This document shows, in pieces, positions 11,101 through 22,785 of a DNA stretch of 64,000 nucleotides. This DNA is from Setoptus koraiensis. Taxonomy: Eukaryota > Animalia > Arthropoda. The notes under the pieces are model-generated. The model had not been told where the DNA came from. It saw only the letters and a program-made list of their open reading frames with translations, and did no database searches. The stretch covers positions 14,136,001-14,200,000 of the forward strand of contig CM106586.1 of NCBI GenBank assembly GCA_048013815.1. The letters run 5' to 3'. The first letter of the stretch is position 1. Each line of letters begins with the position of its first letter. The position numbers and the translations under genes were made by a program.

Positions 11101-14100
11101 GATGCCGGCTTTGTGTTGGGGCCCCGTCGCACCTACGAGCACACAGTCAGATTACTTTCAGTTTGTCTCATATCGGAGCGGATCAAGGTTGGATCAGGGC
11201 GAGAAAAGCCGAGACAAGCTCATATTTATTATATGCCCGATATACAGTATACACCAGCAGGTAAGCTACAATACATCAGCTAGTTGTACCTGAAACATCC
11301 CATTGGCCTCAAGTATTCTCGGCTCACAAACAAACTTGAGATCCGCTGGCCGCTCGTTACTAGCGACGGATTATTGGCACAAACTTGTGTCCATTCACAA
11401 TCTGGTGCCCCGTTCTAATTGAACAACACCTAAACTAACGAACAAAAGCGGATTAATTCAAGTATGCTTTGTCATCTTTCATTATTATTATTTATTATTA
11501 TTATTATTACTATCTCGCCTTTTCCTTATTATCTGACGCTCTTGCGCATTTATTTACTTCGGCCATACAACTCGATCGTAACTCAATTGACACTTTTGTA
11601 TTGGACGCACGCAATTGATGATGATACCGATATATTGATTGAGAGCACAACAATGATGAGCAAAGCAGCAAACAATTTTATCAATGCAATCAATACAAGT
11701 GTTTGCAATTCCTTGTCGAATGTAATGAATGATCAGCCATTGTTTATTGTTACTGCTTGCCTATAACTAGAATGAAGTCGTCGCATTGCAGACTGCCCAC
11801 AATTCTGGCCACATAGCGACCTGATAAATGTCACACAATGTCAATTATGCTACACAAAAAGACAGTGTGACGAACACACTGGCAGAAGTAGAATTTTGTC
11901 CTTTTCTATCTGATTAAGGGTGAGAAGCTTCCAGATCTTGGGGTTCGCATTTCGTTGCAAACCCGGGATATGCGAAATATCTGTTTTCTTTTTTCGAAAG
12001 TTTCTGCTGTTTTTCGCCGCGTCATAATATCTTTATGTCTACTAGACACTGTCTAGCATGGTCCAATAAATGGGCCTGTCAAGCATGCTCAGTGATCATA
12101 ATTAATTAATCGAGCCATTGTAAATATTCAGGCGTTGCTGTCGCATCAGTTAATGATTCACCTTTGGAACAATGCACATTTTTTGCATTATCAGACATAG
12201 TTTATGGTACCGGTAAGCGTGGAGTGGAAGAAAAACTGATCATGGTGTCTGGCCAAGCTTGCGGTGATAAGCGAACGTAGCCCCAAAGAAAACAGATAAC
12301 AACTTCATCGTGAAATGAGCAAATATTATCCAAGAGTAAGTGTAAACGAAGTCAAGCTTTTGATTCGCTGCTTCCACTAGTCCAGCAAAAATATTCCCCG
12401 CTCGCTGGTGACAATATAACTGGCGAAAATTGCCAATTCAGCTCGCCAGTCATTCGTGCCAACATTTATCATTCTTTTGCTAGAGCAGAGAAAAAAAAAG
12501 CGCAAATATATTCATTGTGTGTTGAATTTTATTTTGGCATTCCTAAGCGTCAAACTAGGTCGCTTCTTGCACGCACGCTATCGGCGTCATGTATTTCGCC
12601 TTTTACATATCCACTTGGCTCGATGAAGATCCGATTGGGCTTGCTGTTTAGCTATTCTGCGTTGAAGAGAACTCCATGAGGTGAGGAAGTACATATAATC
12701 TATGCATACTAAATAGTCGTTGCAACTCTCAGAAAGCGAACGTACAACTGAAGCGGAAAAGCCTCATTACAGGAAGATGAATAGTGGGCTTTGCTGTGAA
12801 TACCTATATATTAGGTCAGTTATATATACACTTTGTTGGTGCGTAAACTCGTACTTATAATTGAGGGCAGCCGTGTTACCTCGGCCGATATAGGACACGA
12901 AGGCGAATCGCCTTGCCGACGTTTAATATACATTTTAACAAAAACACCTTACAGGGCGTAACTTTGAGTTATGGCGCGAGCAATGTAGATGTAAAACATG
13001 TTGGACTGATCGAGATTAGTTGACCCTGAACAATCTATACAATTTTGTCACCCAGTGAAAGAGCCTAGGTCAAGCAGCCAATAGATAAGAATTGGGTTAG
13101 ACATTCTCTCTGTGTGTCGAAAATGTAAAATTGTCTCTCAGTTGTTGAGAGAAATAGAGTAGATTCTGGTTCGTTTTATTCTCGTTTGCACCAATTCAAG
13201 TGCAAGAAGGCAACTAAATAAGATCAAATTTCACCAAATCCAAGTCCAGTTTGAACATTTTACCAGTGGTCGTGCCTTTCTAAACCTCTAGATTACGTCA
13301 ACTTGAGCAATTTGTACTCCCCAACTTAATATGTTAATGCAATTGCATGAGCGACGAAAAACTCAGGGTGAAACTATGCTGACAGCTATACGGAATCTCT
13401 ATGATAAATAGAGGTAAACTTGTTACTTGGAAAGTCGACGCACCGGCGCATAATCAACAAATCTTCGACAGTACTTTCTGCTCAAAGCTGAGAATATTTA
13501 ATTGAAAATAGTTTTTCTCATGGGAGTTGCTTTGAATATACCAACAATATATTCTCAATTCAAGTTATTCAATACTGTACAAATTTATGGACTAAGGAAC
13601 GAATTTGAGCGAGTCGTCTGACAGCAGAAAGAATAATTTTCTTGGTAAACAAACTTGATTGATATTGTAGATATGGTTATAACAAGTTGTCAATTTCTGA
13701 GTGTTATCTGAGGAGTTTAAAAGCTCCCTTATGATTGCTGTGCGATCTCTTGATTAATCGCGGTGACTTTCTTTCTTTAATAGCTCACTTTTCAACATAT
13801 ATCAGAATAGTAACTAACAATGAATGTAAATCTTCGATTTCGGGCACTAAAGCTACATCGAGCATCATGTGATTAGATTGATTAGCCGAAATTTGTGATA
13901 CATGCTCAATTGTAGGTTGTGCCTGTGTTTCCTGAAGCTTCGATTTCCGAGTCTATTTACCGGGGTATGCGCTAGTTTCATATGAACAGTCTTGAATATC
14001 CTATGAATAGTTAGGTTTCACTATGGTTTTAAATATAATCTAAATTCATAGTGATGTAATTAAATACTTCAATCGAAATATTAGTTTGAAACCATGGTGC

Positions 14101-14361
14101 ACCATCAGTTGATTCCTCAACTAGTTGTCTTAAGCTTTGTTATTTGTTTATATACGTGCATGGACATGTATTTGTGTGTAGGGGAAAACTGCTCATCCAA
14201 CCGAAAAGAATTCAAATTGATTCTAGTCCTTTTAGATTGCATTTACTTTATCATAGTTGCCAGCTCTTCCGTCACTTTGTGTCCTCCCATTCTTAGATAA
14301 TCCATTCATGGAGGAATAGTGGATGTTAGCTCATTGAGTATAGAGAATATAAATCATCCGG

Positions 14362-15647
14362 TCAACAACATCCACCCATGAATCCTGACACTGGCTGAGC
14401 TTCGAGAATCCGAGATCTATTGCCGGTTAGGCCAACAAATCCTGACCTACTACTATGAGCGTCTGCCACCAATGGGCCTAGTCTTACTCCATCAATGGGC
14501 TCTTGGCTGTGGCCAACTAAAGCAATATTACCATTGCCAACAGTTATCTTGCCGGAGTCACTAATTCTATCATAGATTTCTTCCGCCAGTATTTGAAAAG
14601 CTTGATCAACATTATGCCTCGCCTTACTAGAGGTTTCAATAAATTGTAATCCATACAGATTGGCAAAGGCTTGACCGTCTTCATAGCTGACCTGCCTCTG
14701 GCTCTCCAAATCTGTCTTGCAGCCAATAACTAGGTAGACTATCTTAGATTTTGTGCTACTCGTCTTTTCATCAGTGTATGTGGTGCCAGAGGGGTTATTG
14801 TGTGTTGCAGTGGACATATTCGCATCAGCGAAGGAGGGGTTTATAACAGGTGGTTCGTTGTTGAATTTAGTTGGCGTGCTAGACGAGTTTGGTGTTGTAG
14901 AGGTTTCAACGAATCTCCTGGCCTCAAATAACCAATCAACAAGGTGGTCGTAAGATTCCCTGTTTGTAATATCATATACTAATACAATTCCAACAGAATT
15001 TCTGTAATAGCTCGTAACAATAGATCTAAAGCGCTCTTGACCAGCGGTATCCCTGTTATGTACAGAGAAAGTCGTAAAGTTGTTGTTTTTTTCATTAGTT
15101 CAATCAATATAATATAATACGCAATATAACATGTAACATACATATAAATGTAATGGAAACTTCAATTAACAACATTCACTTACCAGATTTGTAATTTGAT
15201 TATAATATTGTCTTGATTAGTAGAACTGGCAGTAGAGATGGACGTTAAAGAGGCGTTTGGATTCAGGCGGCCCCGGTCGGCAGTTCTCATACCAGACGGG
15301 CTACTAGTGTTGAGTTTACTCTGTCGTCTACTTGATAGGTATGATGCTTTATGTGATGATGAATACAATGAAGATCTTTTAGCGTTGCTCTTTTGAACTG
15401 AGGATGATGATCGTGATGATATGTCTTTTGGTAGTGACTCAGGTGGGAGATTCGAATGCGGATTCGGTATTTCTATCATCTTAGAAAAGAAATCCACACC
15501 AACTGTGGGCTCTGATTCACTAAATGTTCCCTCTGAAAAGGTTTTCAATAAGGATGATTTTCCCACCATTGTGTCCCCTATGACAATAATTCTAAATTGA
15601 TAATGATGTGGGACCTCCATCTTGAAAGATGAATGATTCGATGGCAT
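14362..15647 (-). CDS. Rab39: Rab39 small GTPase (2 exons: 15647-15184, 15052-14362)
   Basis: YQFRIIVIGDTMVGKS, PTVGVDFF, KLQIW|DTAGQERFRSIVTSYYRNSVG, GCKTDL, ETSSK, C-terminal CC. A GT-AG intron at 15183-15053 restores the frame. Confidence 0.93.
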
Positions 15648-16904
15648 TATTTTTCGTTCAATTAGTAAGTCCAATGTTGCAAGAGATGGGGTGAAGTTGA
15701 GAATTGTGATATTGTCATATTAATTTTGTTTATATTATAATTGGTTGATATTATTGGTGATGATGATAATAGTGTATAGTCATGATAACTAACAGAGAAT
15801 CCGTATGAGTGATTTCGGGCGTTAATATCTATATATCTCGGATGTGTGTTTGTAGTATAGAGTTACTATTGTATGATTGCATGTCCATCATTTTTTATCT
15901 ATTGTAATCATACATGAAAATCTAATCAGTTGATATCTCGATATGAATCGAAACTGGTGACAATAATAGATAAACACAAAGCGAAAGAGAATGGAGATGT
16001 GAGCTATGGCTTTGTTTTTTCTTTCTATTATACCATCTAAAATGAATGAGTGCAATACCTGATGTGGGAGTAAATAACGTTCTCCATATGATCTACTTAC
16101 CGATTGTAAGTATAAGTGATAATATTGTAGCAGTTAGTTTCCAGTACACATTTGTCATTATATGAATCAGCTGGCTCGATGTCGTCGAGAGAAGCTCAAC
16201 AAATCAGAGATGATAGTACAAGCTTCGTCATGTAAAACTCTAGCGTCGTTTGTAGTTGTGATTGTGCTGATCGTAAATTACACAATATCCTCAAATTATT
16301 TGCCTATTCTATTATATCACAGCAGTAGATTGATCCGTACGTTTTTGATGGTGCAAAATAATTACGACTCAACTAATGGGCATGTAAGCAATCAGTTTTG
16401 TTGGAATAATGCGTTAGTTTACTAATTTATGGTGAATCAGCTGAGACTATAAACAAGAAATGAGTATTCTTATCACACCGGTAATGTTGGTTTCAAAAGC
16501 AGTTTCAGATTGCTGACAAATAAACTCTCGGGATTTGCCTATTTATGGCGAGCTCGGCAGCCTATCGGAATTGCGCGACGCCCAACTACCCTGTCATCGC
16601 TCTACTCCTGCTATAGCGTTGTAAACACTCTCAGCTGTTTTATAGAATAAAGCCAACAACAGCAGTGTAAAAGTGCAATGGCGTCATTAAAAAAGAAAAG
16701 ATCCCCGTGTTGTCGATGGTGGCAAGGTCTAAAGACAGATTCTTGCTACATTAGGTATATATTTTATTGAAAAGTTATAGAAAATAAAATCGAGTTAGGT
16801 TCGAAAATATTCGAATGAGACCATTCGTTACAGTTGTGTGATACAAAAAAATATTTTTAGAAAATATGGCACCCTTCCATACAGTGTATGATTTATGCAA
16901 AACA

Positions 16905-18206
16905 TCAGTCGTTAATGTTTTGTGAACTCATTAATTTTTTGAGCAGACTAGCATTATATTGAGGATCTTTACCAACGGCCTTCATGGTTGCCGGTATCGA
17001 TGCAGTTTGTTTAGCGACCGAGGCAGCGTCTGTAGAATCATCATCGCCACCACTAATCAAGATGATTTCGTCAATCTTATTCAATGGCGCAGCAAGCTCG
17101 GCGGCTATTTTGGGTATGGCTATCAGCAAGTTCGACAGAATAGCTGCATCTCCAAACTTCTTATGACATTCGGCCTTCAACTTCATGCCCTGCGCCTCGG
17201 CCATACCAAGCATCTCACTGGCGGCAGCCTCAGCTGCGCCGATGATTTTCATTCGCCCTGCCTCGGCCTCTGCAGCAATACGTACCTCTTGGGCACAGGC
17301 CTCGGCATTCTTCTCTATGGCATAGGCCTCGGCTTTGGCCGGAAGAGTGACGTCCATTTCGAATTGTTTTTCTTGGCGCGAACATTCCTCTTTTTCGATA
17401 TCTATTTGTCCGTCAATTCTAATCTCTTCAACCTTCAACTCTTCTTGGCGAATAGTCTTTTGTGTTTTGGCCCATTGTAGATTATAAGCAAGTTTAGCCT
17501 CTGCCTTCTTTTTGCCCACCTCATTATCAAACTCCGCGCGCTTCAAAGAAGTGGCATGATTAAATCCCTCGACAGCTGTGTCCTTTTCGTATTTCTTTTG
17601 CAGTATCTCCTTGTCACAAGAGGATTCCTCTCGGATGGCCTCACCCTCTGCTTTGGCGACATGCATGGCGGCTTCGCACTTCACTCTGGCCGTGCTTTTT
17701 TTGCCCAGTGAGCTCAGATATTCAACATTGTCACTAATATCCTTTATTGTGAGACTCATTATATCAATGCCCATCCTGGTGAGATCAGTGGCAGCAGCCT
17801 CGCGTATGAGTCCAGCAAAGATTTGTCTTTGCTTATAGATGGCCTCTACTGTTTGTGTTCCTATAACGGCTCTCATGTGGCCCTCAAGAGTGTGCAAAAT
17901 AACCGACTTAATATGATCGATGTTCTTGCCCAAAAATTGTTCCGCGGCCAATGGCAAGAATTCATCATTGGACATTATTTTACAATGAACAACACCTGTC
18001 ACCGTTATGGGAACACCATGAGTTGTTTCAACGTGCTCACATTTTGGCGTCAATGTCATTATTTGTAGCGAGATCTTTTGAATGTTCGTCAGCATCCAAC
18101 AGCTCCAGCACCAGCCACCGACAACTATTTTCTTTTTGGACGAACCGAAGCATCCGCCTGACACTATTAGCGCCTCGTTGGGACCTACAGTGTGGATATT
18201 CCCCAT
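16905..18206 (-). CDS. Flot2: Flotillin-2 (reggie-1), intronless
   Basis: 433 aa; MGNIHTVGPNEALIVSGGC start typical of FLOT2; SPFH domain and Ala/Glu-rich flotillin repeats. Confidence 0.95.
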   Translation of the reverse strand: MGNIHTVGPNEALIVSGGCFGSSKKKIVVGGWCWSCWMLTNIQKISLQIMTLTPKCEHVETTHGVPITVTGVVHCKIMSNDEFLPLAAEQFLGKNIDHIKSVILHTLEGHMRAVIGTQTVEAIYKQRQIFAGLIREAAATDLTRMGIDIMSLTIKDISDNVEYLSSLGKKSTARVKCEAAMHVAKAEGEAIREESSCDKEILQKKYEKDTAVEGFNHATSLKRAEFDNEVGKKKAEAKLAYNLQWAKTQKTIRQEELKVEEIRIDGQIDIEKEECSRQEKQFEMDVTLPAKAEAYAIEKNAEACAQEVRIAAEAEAGRMKIIGAAEAAASEMLGMAEAQGMKLKAECHKKFGDAAILSNLLIAIPKIAAELAAPLNKIDEIILISGGDDDSTDAASVAKQTASIPATMKAVGKDPQYNASLLKKLMSSQNIND

Positions 18207-18879
18207 GTTGTTGGATGGTTAAGATGTTGTTAACACGCTATTATAATACGATAACAATAAATATATAGATGGCGGATAATTTCTGTTTTGACTGGAGTTG
18301 AATTGTCCGGTTATGATTGACTAGATATGATTATTATGCGTATATTCTTGACTAATAGGGATGCACAAAAACCACTGATTACGCGTTATAGTAAAAACAT
18401 TTGTGAAACGCTCTAGATCACAGCGTTGGTCGCTGGCCCCATAATCTTCGAACCTTTTGGGCACTCTCACACGCTCTTCGCCCCACTGCGTTTTAGCAAT
18501 GGAGGAGACACGCCAGAGATGGGCGAACATCGCTGCATGGGGTCTCGTTTCGAACGCGCACACCAGATAATATAACGCCCGCAGAAACAACAGCAACAAC
18601 TTTGCATTGTCTCTATCTTCGGAAACCACCGGAAGGTGGAGCAAGAGACAACGCGATGTTCAGAAGGCCACCAACCTATCGGTCAAAAATGAAGTTACTT
18701 CAGGATTCACCAATTCTGACAAACCAATATTGTCAGCTGTTCTTTTTGTTGTTGCATCAACGATGCAATGCGTCATAGAAACCAGACGAATTGGATCTCA
18801 CAAGCCACCCACCATATCCACTATAATATCGCTTAAAACACTCCAATAAAGATATTATTCTAGTTACCGGATCTCTAAA

Positions 18880-20457
18880 ATGTATGGCGAAGAGAATGTT
18901 TTCTTCAATGATGGTCCACTAGCTAAAGATTGGCAATATCATGATTATGGCAATGAGAATTGGTTGAGCTTTCAATCAATCAGGAAGCGACACAATGAAA
19001 ATATTTGCCATGAAACCAATAAATTATTACTCAGGTTAGACAGGCTCATCAATGAGGCGCCACATTCTAATGCGGACGGTGGAGAACATGGTAAGGTACA
19101 AATGAGAGACCACGAACGTTCAGTGGTCGACTGGACATCTGATGATATTGTAAAATTGTGTCCATTTTGTGCTAAATCTTTCACACTGTCTCGGCGACGC
19201 CACCACTGTCGCCTATGCGGAGCTGTCATGTGTCATGGTTGCTCGTTGTTTCTGGAATACGAGGCAGCTTGTAAACTTATTAAGCCAACTAACTTAGAAG
19301 CACAACAAGACGGTGATACTACAAGGCAATCGGCATCGAATGAACAACTGAACAAATTAACTGCAAATACCTATAACGATACAACATCTAATCGAGCTTC
19401 AAATGGTGCCAACAACAAAAGTTTTACTGAATCAATCCTGTCTCCATTCAAGAGATCATCCTCTAAACTGAATGACAGTGCAAGGAGCAATGATTCCAGA
19501 CCCTCTTTGTTATCGAACGCAATAGGCCTTCTCCAATCACAAAATCGCAGGGGATCTCAGACTAGCTTATTGACATTTATCAATACAGCAAACAACTCGT
19601 CGAGTCAGAATGATCCACAACTGTCTAAGATCAGACTGTGCGAAGATTGCAAACGTCTTTTGGACAAACGATTACAATCTATAGAGGATCATTACTATCA
19701 TCCATTCTTTTGTGATTTTTACGAAAAATTGCGCTCTCGGACAACCTCAGCTGATGAGCTTCTAGCAACTTACGATAAAATGTGTCAGTCATTAAACATA
19801 GGCGAAGAGAATTACAAAATACAGGATGCACAAGAATTGAGAGCAAAACTGGACACACTTAAAAACAACATAGCTCATATGGCCAAGAATATTACCACGC
19901 TTGCTTCTACTAGCAATGAAAAAGAAGTACAGCTTGTAACAGCTATACGGCAATCAATTGGATTTTGGGTGAAAAAGTATGAGTCCTTGGCAGCATATCC
20001 GACCGAGGAAGAATATGAAGAATTAAAGCTCAAGCGCCGCCAGCAAATTGAAGAGCAACTGTCAATGAACAAGTCAAACGTGGCATATGGCAATGAAAGC
20101 ACATTAGGGGATCGTGTCAATTCGGAAAGCAGTAGCCCTCGTCCCGAAAAGCGGGGTCTAATGGGTCTACCCAGATCAGGTAATTCTAGAGGTATGAAGC
20201 GTTCAATCACTATGGGTGACAGTTTCAATGCAAACAATAGTGCTTGGATGCCGAACCAATCCATGCTTGATACCGAGGAAGCAAATCCTTTATTGATACA
20301 AATTAGAAATCTAGAAGAGTATATAAAACAGGCCAGAAATGCCAATCGTTATGAGGAGGTGTCAACTCTGGAAGTGAACCTTCGAGATCTGGAGATAGAG
20401 TTTCTAATCCAACAAGGTGACTCTGTACATCTAGATGACTCAACAACTGACGACTAA
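18880..20457 (+). CDS. Rbsn-5: Rabenosyn-5 (FYVE Rab5 effector), intronless
   Basis: 525 aa; ETNKLLLRLDRL, FYVE motifs WTSDD...CPFC...RRRHHCRLCG...RLCEDC, coiled coil, C-terminal Rab-binding hairpin NPLLIQIRNLEEYIKQARNANRYEEVSTLEVNLRDL. Confidence 0.92.
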   Translation: MYGEENVFFNDGPLAKDWQYHDYGNENWLSFQSIRKRHNENICHETNKLLLRLDRLINEAPHSNADGGEHGKVQMRDHERSVVDWTSDDIVKLCPFCAKSFTLSRRRHHCRLCGAVMCHGCSLFLEYEAACKLIKPTNLEAQQDGDTTRQSASNEQLNKLTANTYNDTTSNRASNGANNKSFTESILSPFKRSSSKLNDSARSNDSRPSLLSNAIGLLQSQNRRGSQTSLLTFINTANNSSSQNDPQLSKIRLCEDCKRLLDKRLQSIEDHYYHPFFCDFYEKLRSRTTSADELLATYDKMCQSLNIGEENYKIQDAQELRAKLDTLKNNIAHMAKNITTLASTSNEKEVQLVTAIRQSIGFWVKKYESLAAYPTEEEYEELKLKRRQQIEEQLSMNKSNVAYGNESTLGDRVNSESSSPRPEKRGLMGLPRSGNSRGMKRSITMGDSFNANNSAWMPNQSMLDTEEANPLLIQIRNLEEYIKQARNANRYEEVSTLEVNLRDLEIEFLIQQGDSVHLDDSTTDD

Positions 20458-20533
20458 TTCCTTACTAAAATGTTACACCAGGTATATCATGGACAGATGT
20501 TTTTCTTACAAAGACCTTTGTGCTGTAGACCAA

Positions 20534-21231
20534 CTACGAGAATTCCTCCAAGGCCAAACCGGGTGGTAATAAAGAGTTTAGCTTATTCATAGAATTGACA
20601 CACGAGTCGGACATGCGCTCGCACTTGTTTAAGATGTTGTATAATTCGTCTACTTTTCTACTGTCATCATTGATCTTTGCAATGGCTTTGTGTTTCTCAT
20701 TAACATAAGCCTCGGTGAATCTGGCGACAAATTCCTCCGACTGGACTATTTTATCTTCCAATTGGTTTTGTCTTGCTGTTATCAGGTCAGCTCTGTTTCT
20801 GAGATGTTGCTCGAGTGTCGTTATACATTCAACCCACGGCGCGGAGTTTAGTTGATGTTCGGGCGAATGTCTCTTTGGATCTATCTGATGACCGTCGATA
20901 GATAAGATGGGCAAAACCCTGGGGGGCAAAGTTTTGTAAGGTCTCAGAGCTCTGTCGGTGGATGTATGAGCGGAACTATTTACAACCACTATCTTGGAAG
21001 TAGGCGAATTGGTTTGAGTAATATCCTCAGTAGATGGGCTTGCAAGAATATAGGAGCCAGTAGCTGTTAAATCCTGGGCGGGTTCTACGGGAGGATCTGC
21101 TAGATTTTGTGTGAAGATCAAATTATTATGTCAACTAAAGCCATAAACGTCATTCGGATCATCAGCTGAGCATCTAAGAACTTACCTTTCCCACGGCGTA
21201 TAGAAATTGTTTGAGATTGGTTTGCACCCAT
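20534..21231 (-). CDS. BORCS5: BORC subunit 5 (2 exons: 21231-21186, 21099-20534)
   Basis: MGANQS myristoylation-type start; phase-1 GT-AG intron 21185-21100; IVVV motif, QHLRNRADLITARQNQL and C-terminal LNSLLPPGLALEEFS resemble BORCS5 (LNSMLPEGERLEPFS). Confidence 0.85.
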
Positions 21232-22172
21232 GGCTCAAGTTTCGCTTCAAAAACATATAAAATCGTGTTCCCATCTAGAATTGTGGCATCACTACGTGTC
21301 AGAAATATATCTACGGTAGTTGATGATCAATCATGTGTATTTCACATTTCCAACAATACACTGGATAGAATCCTCAGCGATTCTCTGTGCGGATGCACGC
21401 GGAGCGGCAGAAGCCACTTCACCCAGTGCAGTACAGTGACAAGACAGGTATGGAGAGAATTGACGAAAGCCAATGTAAAAGTCACTCGTAATAATCGTGA
21501 GTCGATCGATTCGAGGATAATCATCAAAATTCGGACGTATCGAAGAAAAAACGAGTGCTTGAGTAACTGTTTTTGGACAATCGTCAGCCGTCCAATTCAT
21601 ACCATTTATTTACTATGTCGTTCATCCAGGCATGAATCTATTCCTATCTATTACTTATATATTATCTATTACTATTGGACCTCTGTGTCCATTGCGCACG
21701 TTGTTTCGTCGGAAAGACAGTTATTTTACTGCTCACAATACTAACTTATAATGATTGTTGTCACCTTGGGCCAATCTAATGAGAGCTCGCAGATTTTGCC
21801 TCATATCGTTAGCGACAAGCGGAAACGCATGTCTAATATATCCGGCAACCCCACCTAATCAACAGGGCAGACAGAAAGGCTACATTCATGCTTTGGCGGA
21901 ATGGAGATTTTAGAACCGGACTGGCCATCAATCATTAATAAGTGGTTAGAATTAGCCCATTCCGGGCTACAATTTTGGTGCCTCATGTCAAATGTTTATT
22001 ATCTATTATCTATTAGGTATGTGTAGATATAGACACTAGTGTCCATTGTACTAACAATACTCAATTACCTTCTACATCTATTCATTATCGATATATTAAT
22101 GATAGCCTAACGCGATATGAACATCTAAGCATTTGATTCTTGAGACCAATAATGATTTATATTCTAGTATAA

Positions 22173-22785
22173 CTAATTAAGATTCGCTATGACAGCCCGT
22201 GTAAAATCGGTAGTGCTGGCGTAACCGCCCAAGTCTCGTGTCTTGATTTTGCCGTTAGCGAGAACAGTCTCGACCGCATTCTGAACCAGTCTAGCATGGT
22301 CATGCAAATTAACATGTTTGAGTAGATTGGAAGCACAAAGTAACATAGCTGTTGGATTTGCAATATTTTTGCCCACTGCTTGACCATAGGCATGTCTAGC
22401 GCCCTGAAGATTGCGAGAACGAAAAAGTAAATAATTGTATTAATAATTGTTATGAAGTTGTATGATGGAATAATGTAACGGAATCTGAATGCGGATTGAT
22501 ACTTACGGGTTCAAATATAACGCTCTCAGATGAATAACTGGCACCGGGAACCATGCCGGCACCGCCAACTAATCCCGCCGAGAGGTTATCTATGATGTTG
22601 CCGTATAAATTTGGCATTACCATAACGTCAAATTGTTGCGGATGCGACACGAGCTGCATGCAAGTGTTATCTATAATCATCGACTCAAATTCAATTTGTG
22701 GATACAGTTCCGACGTCTCTTGGCAACATTTCAGAAATAATCCATCTCCCAGCTTCATAATATTGGCTTTGTGTACACATGTGAT
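22173..22785 (-). CDS. IDH3B: NAD-dependent isocitrate dehydrogenase subunit beta, 3' part only (intron 22506-22404)
   Basis: [18 protein letters not shown]...[19 protein letters not shown]...FEP|[22 protein letters not shown]...[14 protein letters not shown]. The 5' half is missing because the sequence folds back near 22825. Confidence 0.9.

Noticed and set aside
11070-11262. Exon-like segment bounded by cacttag and cag|gtaag
   Set aside because: Two frames are open but neither is recognisable; could be a UTR exon.
8390-12020. CGAAA/TTTCG-rich patches (8390-8700, 10260-10360, 11930-12020; also 49320-49500) resembling decayed MITEs
   Set aside because: No terminal inverted repeats, target-site duplications or alignable copies found.
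18321-18849. ORFs of 80 and 107 aa between Flot2 and Rbsn-5, apparently conserved in two copies
   Set aside because: The second copy is the inverted duplicate, so it gives no independent evidence.
21211-21744. 177-aa + strand ORF and nested ORFs
   Set aside because: No homology; overlaps the BORCS5 promoter region.
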